This document shows, piece after piece, positions 1-8,824 of a stretch of DNA of 64,000 nt (position 1 is its first letter; every line of letters begins with the position of its first letter). Origin of the DNA: an uncultured Spirochaetota bacterium (lineage in GTDB: Bacteria; Spirochaetota; Brevinematia; Brevinematales; JAOACQ01); assembly GCA_963783575.1 (NCBI GenBank), contig CAWAOD010000005.1:544001-608000 (forward strand), written 5' to 3'. The notes beneath the pieces were generated by a model that searched no databases, had not been told where the DNA came from, and worked only from the letters and a program-made list of their open reading frames with translations. The position numbers and the translations under genes are program-made.

Positions 1-629
1 GCATTGAGTATTGTCATTGATGCGATTGCCGGGGACATCAGCGGCATTATAATTGTAAACAGATAGTTGAAATAACTGCATCCGTCCATTGCCGCCGCGT
101 CATCAAAATCAGTCGGGATGCTCTTCAGGTAAGAGACAAAAACAAATAATGTAACCCCGCCGGTGACTAAACTGGTCAAAATCATTAAATATCCCAGGCG
201 GGTGTTATATAAACCGGCATTTAAAATCATCTGGAATTGAGGTATGGTTGCGTCCGGTACGAAAAGTCCGATTAGAAACAGGGTATAAAGGAATTTCGCG
301 CCTTTTATTATATTCCTGGCAATCGGAAAAGCGAGAAATAAGGTAAGAATGATCGATATGCCGGTACAAATGACGGTATATAAAAGGCTGTTGCCGATGT
401 ATGCACTGAAATTCGCCTGCTTCCATGCTTTCGTATAATTCACAAAATTGACTGCAGTTGTTATGGAAACCGAGTTTTTCATAAACTCCCTTTCCGTTTT
501 TAATGAAGCATTAAAAACATAAAATAGCGGGAAAAGGTAAAGAATCAATAATACAAGTATAAATAAATACATGAAAAACATTATGATAAACCAGCTTTTA
601 CCGGTAATCCTGCTGTTTTTTTGCATCAT
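1..629 (-). CDS. Carbohydrate ABC transporter permease (MalG-like), 3' end runs off window
   Basis: Not in ORF track. Hand translation from ATG at 629 (ATGA overlap with upstream permease stop) gives MMQKNSRITGKSWFIIMFFMYLFILVLLILYLFPLFYVFNASLKT..., with an EAA-like segment (IPTDFDDAAAMDG) near the window edge. Confidence 0.88.
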   Translation of the reverse strand, partial: MMQKNSRITGKSWFIIMFFMYLFILVLLILYLFPLFYVFNASLKTEREFMKNSVSITTAVNFVNYTKAWKQANFSAYIGNSLLYTVICTGISIILTLFLAFPIARNIIKGAKFLYTLFLIGLFVPDATIPQFQMILNAGLYNTRLGYLMILTSLVTGGVTLFVFVSYLKSIPTDFDDAAAMDGCSYFNYLFTIIMPLMSPAIASMTILN

Positions 630-1552
630 ATTTCCTTCTCCTTTCTATTCATAAAATACTGTGTGAACAAAGTTACGATCAATATAATGGCAAATAAAAC
701 CATCGATTGTGCCGCCGCGTAGCCCTGGCGCATTGTACTGGAACTGGCCCCGGCAATACCTGTGGTGTCCTGTCCGATATTAAAAGCGGTTCTGAAAACA
801 CGCATCGCCAGATTGGAAGTGTCGAACCCGCCTCCGGTTGTCAGCAGAATCACCTGATAAGCGGATAAGGAGCCGATGACAGCCAGTAAGATATTTACAG
901 TAACGGTTGGCCATAAGAGAGGCAATGTAATGTAAATAAACTGCTGACTTTGTGATGCTCCATCAATTTTTGATGCTTCGTAAAGATCAATCGGGATGCT
1001 CTGAAGGCCCGATAAGAATATGACCATGGAATATCCCATATACATCCAGCACTGGCAGAAGATAACAAGAGGAAAAGCAAGCTTGAGGTCGCCGAAAAAG
1101 TTGCTGGAAAGACCGAATAATGAAAGTAATTTTGTCGCCGGTCCGTCCAGCGTAAAAAATAAATTCCAGGTTGTTGCTGAAACCAATACTCCTAATACAA
1201 CCGGCATAAACACAACAGCCCTGTAAAAACTAATTCCCTTGAGTTTACTGTTAAGTAATAAAGCAACAAAAAGTGCTGCAGTGTTCTGGCATATTGTTAC
1301 AAAAAATGTGAAAACAAACGTCCTTATTATCAATGAATAAGAATCCCTGGTATTACTCTGGAAAAAGAATTCTTTATAATTATCCAATTTTATGAATTTC
1401 CAGGGAACTCCTTTAATACCGCTTATATCTGTAAATGACAGAATAAAAGTTGCAATGGAAGGGCCTAAAGTTAAAACCAAATAAATTAAAACGGCTGGAA
1501 GAATCCCCAGATAAATTGCCCCTCTATTCCAGTTACTTCTTGCTACCCTCAT
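626..1552 (-). CDS. Carbohydrate ABC transporter permease (MalF-like)
   Basis: Multiple TM segments; EAA motif LQSIPIDLYEASKIDGAS; lies between SBP and second permease. Confidence 0.93.
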   Translation of the reverse strand: MRVARSNWNRGAIYLGILPAVLIYLVLTLGPSIATFILSFTDISGIKGVPWKFIKLDNYKEFFFQSNTRDSYSLIIRTFVFTFFVTICQNTAALFVALLLNSKLKGISFYRAVVFMPVVLGVLVSATTWNLFFTLDGPATKLLSLFGLSSNFFGDLKLAFPLVIFCQCWMYMGYSMVIFLSGLQSIPIDLYEASKIDGASQSQQFIYITLPLLWPTVTVNILLAVIGSLSAYQVILLTTGGGFDTSNLAMRVFRTAFNIGQDTTGIAGASSSTMRQGYAAAQSMVLFAIILIVTLFTQYFMNRKEKEI

Positions 1553-1565
1553 AAAATCCTCTGAT

Positions 1566-1600
1566 AAAAGGCTGCCAGTATTTATAAAATACCGGCAGCC
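1566..1600 (-). terminator. Stem-loop/partial terminator between SBP and permease
   Basis: Minus strand reads GGCTGCCGGTATTT-TAT-AAATACTGGCAGCC followed by TTTT; includes one G-U pair that forms only on the minus strand. Confidence 0.7.
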
Positions 1601-1618
1601 GGATTTTTTGAATTTTAG

Positions 1619-2902
1619 TTATTGTACCGATTTTAAAGCATCTTCCCAATCCTTTTGTGAGAGATCTGCCAGTTCTTTGGGGGTCGCTACATCGCCTCCG
1701 AAAATCTTTAACTGGATCGGTGGAAATCCGCCGTATTTGCCTAATCCCTTTGGTGTGACGAAATATCTTTCAAACGCTATTCTGAATTGCTGGTTTATTG
1801 GCGCCAATGAATTTACAAAATCGCTTTTCATCTGTACACCCTGCATTGTGGGAATAAATTCGATCGCATTGATCAATTCAGTATAATTCTCTTTTTGAGA
1901 AATGAATTCCATCCATTTCAACGCTGCATCTTTATTCGGCGATTTTGCATATACTACGAAACCGATGTCATATTTTCCTGCAAGCTGCGGTGGAATTTTA
2001 CCTTTTTTGTCGCCTGGAATAGCGAAATAGCCGTACTTAAAATTCGGGTCGGCAGCCTCAATATTTGCCCCCTGCCACGAGCCGTCGGGCATCATAGCGG
2101 CCTTTCCGTTTACAAAACGTCCTATTACATCAGAATAACCGACGGCTGTAACCCCCGGTTCAAAATATGTTCCCCATTCGGCCATGTCGTTGAAAATAGT
2201 TAAGGTCTTTGCGTCATTAAACTTGCGTTTGCCTGTCCATAAATCCTTTACAAATGAGGCCGCGTCGGCTTCATGAGAGGCAACAAAAGCGCTTGCGAAC
2301 ATATTGATCGGCCATTGATCTTTTGCGCCCGATGTCATAGGTTCGATCCCCTTTGATCTCAGGGTTTTGCAAATGCTTATAAAATCAGCCCATGTTTCAG
2401 GCACTTTCAAATTGTTTTTGTCAAAAATATCCTTGCTGTAAAATATACCGTTGAAAGCGACTTTACCCATATTCAACTGGTATACCTTTCCATTATAAGT
2501 ACAAGCGTCTTTAATTGCAACAGGATCCCAGTTTTTTACAAAAGGCTGCCCTGTTAAATCAAGATAGTCGCCATTCTGGATATAAGTCAGCCAGTCCGGG
2601 ATATTGACGCCCTTCATAAAAGGCTGCGGAAGTAACTCGAATCCGGTTTGATTCTCAATAATGTCAACATCTCCTGCTGCTATCCTGCTCTGTTTTAATT
2701 GCGGATACTGTGTTATGGGTACATCTTCCATATTGACCTTGATGTTAGGGTACTTTGCAGTAAATTTTGCATTGATGGCATTCAATGCGTCAACAGTAGC
2801 CGGGTTGTTGTGAATAATGATTCTCAAGGTCACCGTTTTCTGGCTGAAAGCTATTCCAGCAGCCAAAAACATGCATGCGATAAGAAACAATACTTTTCTC
2901 AT
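1619..2902 (-). CDS. Carbohydrate ABC transporter substrate-binding protein (family 1)
   Basis: Signal peptide (AGIAFS); motifs FYSKDIFDKNNLKVPETWADF and FVNGKAAMMPDGSW; GGAGG RBS. Confidence 0.92.
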   Translation of the reverse strand: MRKVLFLIACMFLAAGIAFSQKTVTLRIIIHNNPATVDALNAINAKFTAKYPNIKVNMEDVPITQYPQLKQSRIAAGDVDIIENQTGFELLPQPFMKGVNIPDWLTYIQNGDYLDLTGQPFVKNWDPVAIKDACTYNGKVYQLNMGKVAFNGIFYSKDIFDKNNLKVPETWADFISICKTLRSKGIEPMTSGAKDQWPINMFASAFVASHEADAASFVKDLWTGKRKFNDAKTLTIFNDMAEWGTYFEPGVTAVGYSDVIGRFVNGKAAMMPDGSWQGANIEAADPNFKYGYFAIPGDKKGKIPPQLAGKYDIGFVVYAKSPNKDAALKWMEFISQKENYTELINAIEFIPTMQGVQMKSDFVNSLAPINQQFRIAFERYFVTPKGLGKYGGFPPIQLKIFGGDVATPKELADLSQKDWEDALKSVQ

Positions 2903-2992
2903 ACTATCCTCCTTATATAAATATCTTTGATTTAAATAATTTATTAAAGTGAGAATTAATTAGTGTTTATTGGACTATAGCAGTTTTGTATT

Positions 2993-3022
2993 ATTATATA
3001 TTATTTAATATAAATATGTCAA
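2993..3022 (-). promoter_or_regulatory. sigma70-type promoter for the ABC operon
   Basis: Minus strand TTGACA-18 nt-TATAAT. Confidence 0.55.
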
Positions 3023-3141
3023 TAGTTGATATGAAAAAAACAAAATTAATTATTTAATTGATTATTATATATTGATAGAAATAGAAATAATAGATCATAG
3101 ATATTTTTGTATTTTAATTAAAAATATTTTAAAAATAAAAA

Positions 3142-3159
3142 ATCTGCTATATTGCAGAT
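3142..3159. promoter_or_regulatory. Putative palindromic operator
   Basis: ATCTGCTATATTGCAGAT, near-perfect palindrome; related copies at 3384-3397 and a half-site at ~2976-2987. Confidence 0.5.
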
Positions 3160-3347
3160 GTCTTTTCGATAATGATCCAAAGAACTATATTCATTAATAA
3201 GTTTAAATGTAATTCATCCAGTAATTAAAACTAATAGATATTGATGGAATATGTGACTATCTAATTTATTGTTATATATAACAATAAATTAGAATTATAA
3301 TGATAATTTAACATACTAATCGGACATTAAAATATTTTTTAAAATCC

Positions 3348-3397
3348 TTGACTTTGTATAAAAAATAATATAACCTATGAAAACTGTTATATAGCAG
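3348..3397 (+). promoter_or_regulatory. Promoter plus operator for the GH16 gene
   Basis: TTGACT-17 nt-TAACCT, followed directly by palindrome CTGTTATATAGCAG (3384-3397). Confidence 0.5.
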
Positions 3398-3586
3398 ACT
3401 TTTTATACTATAATTTACAAATATTTATAAATGTTAAATTATATCTTCCTGTGAGGAATCTCCTGATATCGATTAATCTGGTTTAGGGGGATTCCTCATA
3501 TGGATTAAAGTAATCAAATCTTATGATTATATTGTTCATTATCATAAAAATTTTTGAAAAACCTGCTCAATTGATAGGAGGAAAAA

Positions 3587-5533
3587 ATGGGAGATAATTT
3601 AGATCGTTATTTTATTACTATTTTAATGATATTATTATTAATTATTGTCAGCGGACTAATTTATTCACAGGATCATCGGGTAATATCAATAGGAGACAAT
3701 ATTATAAGGAACGGCTCATTCGATCACCCGCTTTCAAAGGAGCAGCCCAATCCGGATACCGGTATACTTGATTCGGGAGGTTCGTGGTCTTTTTACTTGA
3801 ATAATGGAGCTGATGGAAAGGCTGAAATTATAAAAGGGGTATTAAAAATTACTCCTGTCACCATAAAAGCGCCGAATTACGGTATTCAAATTATTCAATC
3901 TCCGGTTACATTAGATAAATTAGGCAGATATAAGGTGAGTTTTGATGCCAGATCTACCGCACAGAGAAATATAATTGTAAAGATCGGCGGTATTGCAGCA
4001 AGAGGATGGGCTGCCTACACGGGTGAAAAAATTGTAGCTATTTCAACTAATATGGAAAATCATGAATTTGAGTTCACGATGAAGATGAATACAGATAATA
4101 CCGCCAGGGTTGAGTTCTGGTTTACAACTTCCATAGAACCAGTCTGGATAAAAAATGTTTCTGTAATAAAAATTGATCAGGGAATTCCAAAAAAAGAACC
4201 GGTATCAGGGACAAAGACGGTTAAGGATGAAAAAAAACTTGAAAACTGGCAGTTAATGTGGAGCGATGAGTTTGATGGAAAATCAATAGATACAAATAAA
4301 TGGTCTTTTGAAATCGGCAATGGGCCTTTAGGAAACGGGTGGGGAAATAATGAAATGGAATATTATACTGACGATCCAGATAATGCTTTTGTTGAAGATG
4401 GAAAATTGATCATTAGGGCTTTAAGAAGATATGTGACTGATAACGGCAGGGTTAATAAGTATACATCGGCGAGGATGATAACAAAGGGAAAGTTTTCAAC
4501 ACCTGGCTCATGCAGAATTGACGTAATGGCGAAATTACCTCAGGGTAAAGGTATATGGCCTGCTATCTGGATGCTGGGAGATAATTTTGGGGCCATACCC
4601 TGGCCGGATTGCGGTGAGATTGATATAATGGAATTAATTGGGCATGAGCCCTGGAAAGTTTATGGGACAGTGCATGGTCCTGAATCAGCAGGATCCGGAA
4701 TAGGCGGGTCATTTGTTTTGAATGAAGCGACAAATGGAAACAGGTTTTCTTATGGTTTTCATAAATTTTCAGTTGAAATAAAACCTGAAACTGTGGAATT
4801 TTATGTTGATGATGTTATATATTTTATTGCAAATAAAGATAAAGTGCAGTATGATTGGGGTGATGATGAATGGGTTTACAACAGTCCGTTTTTTCTGATA
4901 TTGAATCTTGCGGTAGGAGGAAACTGGCCGGGTAACCCGAACGATACTACGGTCTTTCCGCAGCAGATGGAAGTTGATTATGTCAGAGTCTATACCAATA
5001 AAGGCGCTTTCCTGGCTGAAGGCGAAGCTGATTGGGATACCGGGTATAAACAGCCTCCTGGAATTGTAAAAACTTATCCTAAAAGCGGTATGATTCTGGA
5101 TAATGCCTTTACGGATCCGGATGTTAACTGGGTTTACGGTTCTTTTGAAAGCGGTGAGGCTAAGACAGGCTTCAATAACGGAATTGCCAGATTCGATATT
5201 TATAAAGTAGGCGGCGAGGATTGGCATATTCAAATTAAAACCAAAAACTATTTGAATCTTGAGAATGGGAAATCTTATATTATAACTTTTAAAGCCAGAT
5301 CCAGCATTGAAAGGAAAATGAAAATAGTAGTCGAACAAAACGGGAGCGGCTGGGCAAGATACACGGAACAGGAAGTTTTACTTACTCCTGAATTTAAAGA
5401 CTACAGGCTTGAATTTAATATGACAAGGGGAAATGATCATTTAGCCGAGCTTGTTTTTATGCTTGGTACTGTCGGTAATTCAGGTGCGATTGGGAAACAT
5501 TCGGTTGAAATATCAAGTGTTGTTATGCAATAA
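3587..5533 (+). CDS. Secreted GH16 endo-beta-1,3-glucanase (laminarinase-like), CBM4-GH16-CBM4 architecture
   Basis: Signal peptide; GH16 motifs WSDEFDG, GWGNNEMEYY, WPAIWML, catalytic EIDIME, LNLAVGGNWPG; flanking CBM4-like modules (YKVSFDARS..R, YIITFKARSS.ER). Confidence 0.92.
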   Translation: MGDNLDRYFITILMILLLIIVSGLIYSQDHRVISIGDNIIRNGSFDHPLSKEQPNPDTGILDSGGSWSFYLNNGADGKAEIIKGVLKITPVTIKAPNYGIQIIQSPVTLDKLGRYKVSFDARSTAQRNIIVKIGGIAARGWAAYTGEKIVAISTNMENHEFEFTMKMNTDNTARVEFWFTTSIEPVWIKNVSVIKIDQGIPKKEPVSGTKTVKDEKKLENWQLMWSDEFDGKSIDTNKWSFEIGNGPLGNGWGNNEMEYYTDDPDNAFVEDGKLIIRALRRYVTDNGRVNKYTSARMITKGKFSTPGSCRIDVMAKLPQGKGIWPAIWMLGDNFGAIPWPDCGEIDIMELIGHEPWKVYGTVHGPESAGSGIGGSFVLNEATNGNRFSYGFHKFSVEIKPETVEFYVDDVIYFIANKDKVQYDWGDDEWVYNSPFFLILNLAVGGNWPGNPNDTTVFPQQMEVDYVRVYTNKGAFLAEGEADWDTGYKQPPGIVKTYPKSGMILDNAFTDPDVNWVYGSFESGEAKTGFNNGIARFDIYKVGGEDWHIQIKTKNYLNLENGKSYIITFKARSSIERKMKIVVEQNGSGWARYTEQEVLLTPEFKDYRLEFNMTRGNDHLAELVFMLGTVGNSGAIGKHSVEISSVVMQ

Positions 5534-5552
5534 ATTTACAACATAAAATATT

Positions 5553-5984
5553 CTACTGTAAAAGTTTTGCTTCGATATCGATTTTAGGTACTGCTGATAA
5601 AGCTTTTGATACCGGGCAGTCTTTTTTTGCCTGTTCGGCAATCTTCTTAAATTCTTCCGGGCTTATATTTGGAACATGCCCCTCCGTGTTAAGTTTTATT
5701 GAAGTTATGGCAAATCCCTGTCCGGAACTTTCGATTGCAACGGATGCTGTTGTTGTGATTTTTTTTGGAATAAAACCGGCATTACCGAGCATCATTGAAA
5801 ATGCCATTGAAAAGCACCCTGCATGCGCTGCTCCGATTAATTCCTCGGGATTTGTTCCCTTCCCGCTTTCAAACCTGGATGCAAAAGAATAGTTCGCTTT
5901 AACTTTTCCTTCCCCCAATTCCAAAATTCCCTTTCCATCTTTAATGGAACCTTCCCAAACTGCTTTTCCTATTCTTACTGGCAT
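5553..5984 (-). CDS. osmC: OsmC family peroxiredoxin
   Basis: AVWEG, TNPEELIGAAHAGCFSMA and CPVSKAL motifs. Confidence 0.95.
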   Translation of the reverse strand: MPVRIGKAVWEGSIKDGKGILELGEGKVKANYSFASRFESGKGTNPEELIGAAHAGCFSMAFSMMLGNAGFIPKKITTTASVAIESSGQGFAITSIKLNTEGHVPNISPEEFKKIAEQAKKDCPVSKALSAVPKIDIEAKLLQ

Positions 5985-6112
5985 AGGGACCTCCTTTTTA
6001 AAAATAATCTATTTAAATATAATAAGATTTAAATGTAATTGACAAATTAATCACATATAATTATTTTAATTTATTAGCTGTTTTGTTTGGAACAGTTATT
6101 GAGGAGGTTTTT

Positions 6113-7921
6113 ATGCTGATTCTTCTTTTTTTTGCGTTCATATCGGGTGTTATTACCATATTATCGCCATGTATTTTACCGGTATTGCCAGTTGTTCTTG
6201 CAGGCAGTGTAACGGGCGGGAAAGCAAGACCATTCGGAATTGTTATCGGATTTATAGTGAGTTTTACAGTTTTTACATTGACATTAACGGCAATAGTCCA
6301 GGCGCTCGGTATTCCGCAGGATGTTATGCGTTATGTTGCCGTTGCTGTTCTTATAATTTTCGGTCTTATAATGCTGGTTCCGTGGCTTAAAGAGAGATTT
6401 ATGATTCTTGTTTCAGGTCTTGCAAACATTGGTTCAAAACTGTCTTCATCGGAAAAGAATGGATCTGGTAAAATTTCTAATAAGAGTAAAGGATTTTGGG
6501 GTGGTGTTCCGGTCGGTTTAAGCCTGGGAATTGTATGGACTCCCTGCGTCGGCCCAATTATGGCTTCGGTCCTTGCCCTGGCTTTAACTCAAAAAGTAAA
6601 CGGTAGTGCAGCATTGATAACATTTTTTTATTCATTGGGAACATCAATTCCAATGCTTGCAGTTATGTTAGGGGGCAGAGAACTATTAAAACGTATCCCC
6701 TGGCTTTCAGTCAACACTGAGAAAATGCAGAAAGTATTCGGTGTTTTAATGATCCTTGTTGGAGTTGCTATCGGAGCGGGATGGGACAGGGGATTCCAGA
6801 CACTGGTTTTGAAAACTTTTCCTTCATATGGAAGCGGGTTGACTGCTATTGAAAATAATAAAATTGTAATAAATGCCCTGAAAATAAATGAACATGATAA
6901 CAGCTTGAATAAAGCTCAATCGGAGATTATTCTTCCTAATATTCCCGGTAATTCATCTTCCATATTTCATGGAGTGTCAGATACCACATTACCGGATATA
7001 TCGTTGCCGGATTATGGTGTAGCGCCTGAAATAATTCCCGGCGGGACATGGATAAATTCACCGGAATTAACAATGCAGAAACTAAGGGGTAGTGTGGTAA
7101 TTGTTGATTTCTGGACATATAGCTGCATAAATTGCATACGTACTTTGCCTTATATAAGGGCATGGTACGAAGCCTATAAAGATAAAGGACTAGTAATTAT
7201 TGGCATTCATACTCCTGAATTTGAGTTTGAGAAAAAGACCGGAAATGTCATTTCGGCAGTCAGGGATTTAAAAGTAAGCTGGCCTGTTGTTCAGGACAAT
7301 AACTATCTTAATTGGAACAGTTACCGCAATCAATACTGGCCTGCTGATTATTTTATCGACAACCGCGGGCATGTCAGATACTTCCACTTCGGAGAGGGTG
7401 ATTACGTTGGAGCTGAGCAGGTTATTCAGAAGCTTCTTAAGGAAAAGGGTGCAGTTTTAAAAAACCTGGTTTCAAAACCAATGTACGATATTGAGGCGAA
7501 TACTCCAGAAACATATCTTGGTTATGAAAGAGGTTCAGGCTTCGCAAGCTCTCCGCTTCCGGTAAAAGATAAATCTGCCATGTACAAACCTGGTCATATG
7601 AAAGCTAATGGGGAATGGACTCTTGAAGGTAATTGGATAATCAGCAAGGAATATATTGAACCTCAGGATTCCGGTATTCTGGAGTTTTCATTCAATGCAC
7701 ATGATGCTTATCTTGTAATAACTCCTGTCGAATCAAATGCAAATATTAAAGTAACAGTAGATGGAAAAATAAGCGGGGATACAGCGGATGTCAAAAGCGG
7801 TGCATTGACAATTGATGGAAGCCGTTTATATCATTTAGCCGGATTTAAGGAACCGGAATTTCATACTTTACACCTGGAAAATCATGGGAAAGTACGTTTA
7901 TTCGCATTTACCTTCGGATAA
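6113..7921 (+). CDS. dipZ: Cytochrome c biogenesis protein DipZ (CcdA/DsbD TM domain + thioredoxin-like + C-terminal domain)
   Basis: LSPCILPVLP and WTPCVGP TM motifs; DFWTYSCINC thioredoxin motif; TPETYLG and FAFTFG C-terminal features. Start moved to ATG 6113 after GAGGAGG. Confidence 0.9.
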   Translation: MLILLFFAFISGVITILSPCILPVLPVVLAGSVTGGKARPFGIVIGFIVSFTVFTLTLTAIVQALGIPQDVMRYVAVAVLIIFGLIMLVPWLKERFMILVSGLANIGSKLSSSEKNGSGKISNKSKGFWGGVPVGLSLGIVWTPCVGPIMASVLALALTQKVNGSAALITFFYSLGTSIPMLAVMLGGRELLKRIPWLSVNTEKMQKVFGVLMILVGVAIGAGWDRGFQTLVLKTFPSYGSGLTAIENNKIVINALKINEHDNSLNKAQSEIILPNIPGNSSSIFHGVSDTTLPDISLPDYGVAPEIIPGGTWINSPELTMQKLRGSVVIVDFWTYSCINCIRTLPYIRAWYEAYKDKGLVIIGIHTPEFEFEKKTGNVISAVRDLKVSWPVVQDNNYLNWNSYRNQYWPADYFIDNRGHVRYFHFGEGDYVGAEQVIQKLLKEKGAVLKNLVSKPMYDIEANTPETYLGYERGSGFASSPLPVKDKSAMYKPGHMKANGEWTLEGNWIISKEYIEPQDSGILEFSFNAHDAYLVITPVESNANIKVTVDGKISGDTADVKSGALTIDGSRLYHLAGFKEPEFHTLHLENHGKVRLFAFTFG

Positions 7922-7939
7922 TAAGCATTCCGCTTGATG

Positions 7940-8719
7940 CTATTTATTAGTAGCCTGATCCTTATCAGCCCATTGATAACCGCTGAGTCCCAGAAGAATA
8001 AGAGCCGGTCCGTAGAATAACCATGTTATCCTGACGGCAATATCATAAACAGGCGTATTCATTGTGGCTAGTTTCAATGCTTCTCCCATATCGCAGAATG
8101 AAAAAAAGATTATTCCCGCCGTAATCAATCGTGCATTGATTAATGGAAAAGCTTTCAAAGTCAGCGTGTTGATTCCGAAAAATACATCGGTTACAAGCAC
8201 CAGGCCATATATAGAAACGGGAATAAACAGTTTCTGTTCAATAAGTTTGCCCGATAATGCAAATAGGAGCGCAAATATTGCACAGATAAGTACAACTGCT
8301 GTTATAATCCTGAAAGGAACAGGATTAATGCCATCTCTTGTTTCCTTAATTCCGTTAGTATATCGGAATATACTCAGAATATGGAAGATTATATAGCAGC
8401 TCATAGCAACGACGAAAAGCCATTGAGGATTATAAGTTGTTAGAGGAGGAATGATAAATCCGATATCGCCGATAAAAGTAAATAAAAAAGATATTTTAAA
8501 CAGGGTGGTCACTTTTTGTTTAAGCGTGTATTTACCGGCGGACCAAACTATAATAGTGCTGATTAGAGAAAATAATCCTTTTAAATAAAATGGGAAGCCT
8601 GATATGATTTTTACCAGTTCTTTTCCCCAGTCAGAATAAATGAACATTCCGGCAAAAAAAATGTTAATACCTGTAAGAACAAAAACAAAATACAATCTGA
8701 TCCTTGAATCTTCCTGCAT
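7940..8719 (-). CDS. YhhN/TMEM86 (lysoplasmalogenase-like) membrane protein
   Basis: About 8 TM segments; motifs FIGD, PVSIYG, GIIFFSFCD, TWLFYGPA typical of YhhN. Start ATG 8719 after GGAGG. Confidence 0.65.
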   Translation of the reverse strand: MQEDSRIRLYFVFVLTGINIFFAGMFIYSDWGKELVKIISGFPFYLKGLFSLISTIIVWSAGKYTLKQKVTTLFKISFLFTFIGDIGFIIPPLTTYNPQWLFVVAMSCYIIFHILSIFRYTNGIKETRDGINPVPFRIITAVVLICAIFALLFALSGKLIEQKLFIPVSIYGLVLVTDVFFGINTLTLKAFPLINARLITAGIIFFSFCDMGEALKLATMNTPVYDIAVRITWLFYGPALILLGLSGYQWADKDQATNK

Positions 8720-8824
8720 ATTGACCTCCATATATAATATTAAAAATTCACTTTATTTCGTAAAAGTCTTTGTCAAAGGACATCTATTCCTCATTTATAA
8801 AATGCAAATAAGCTTGCAGGATAA

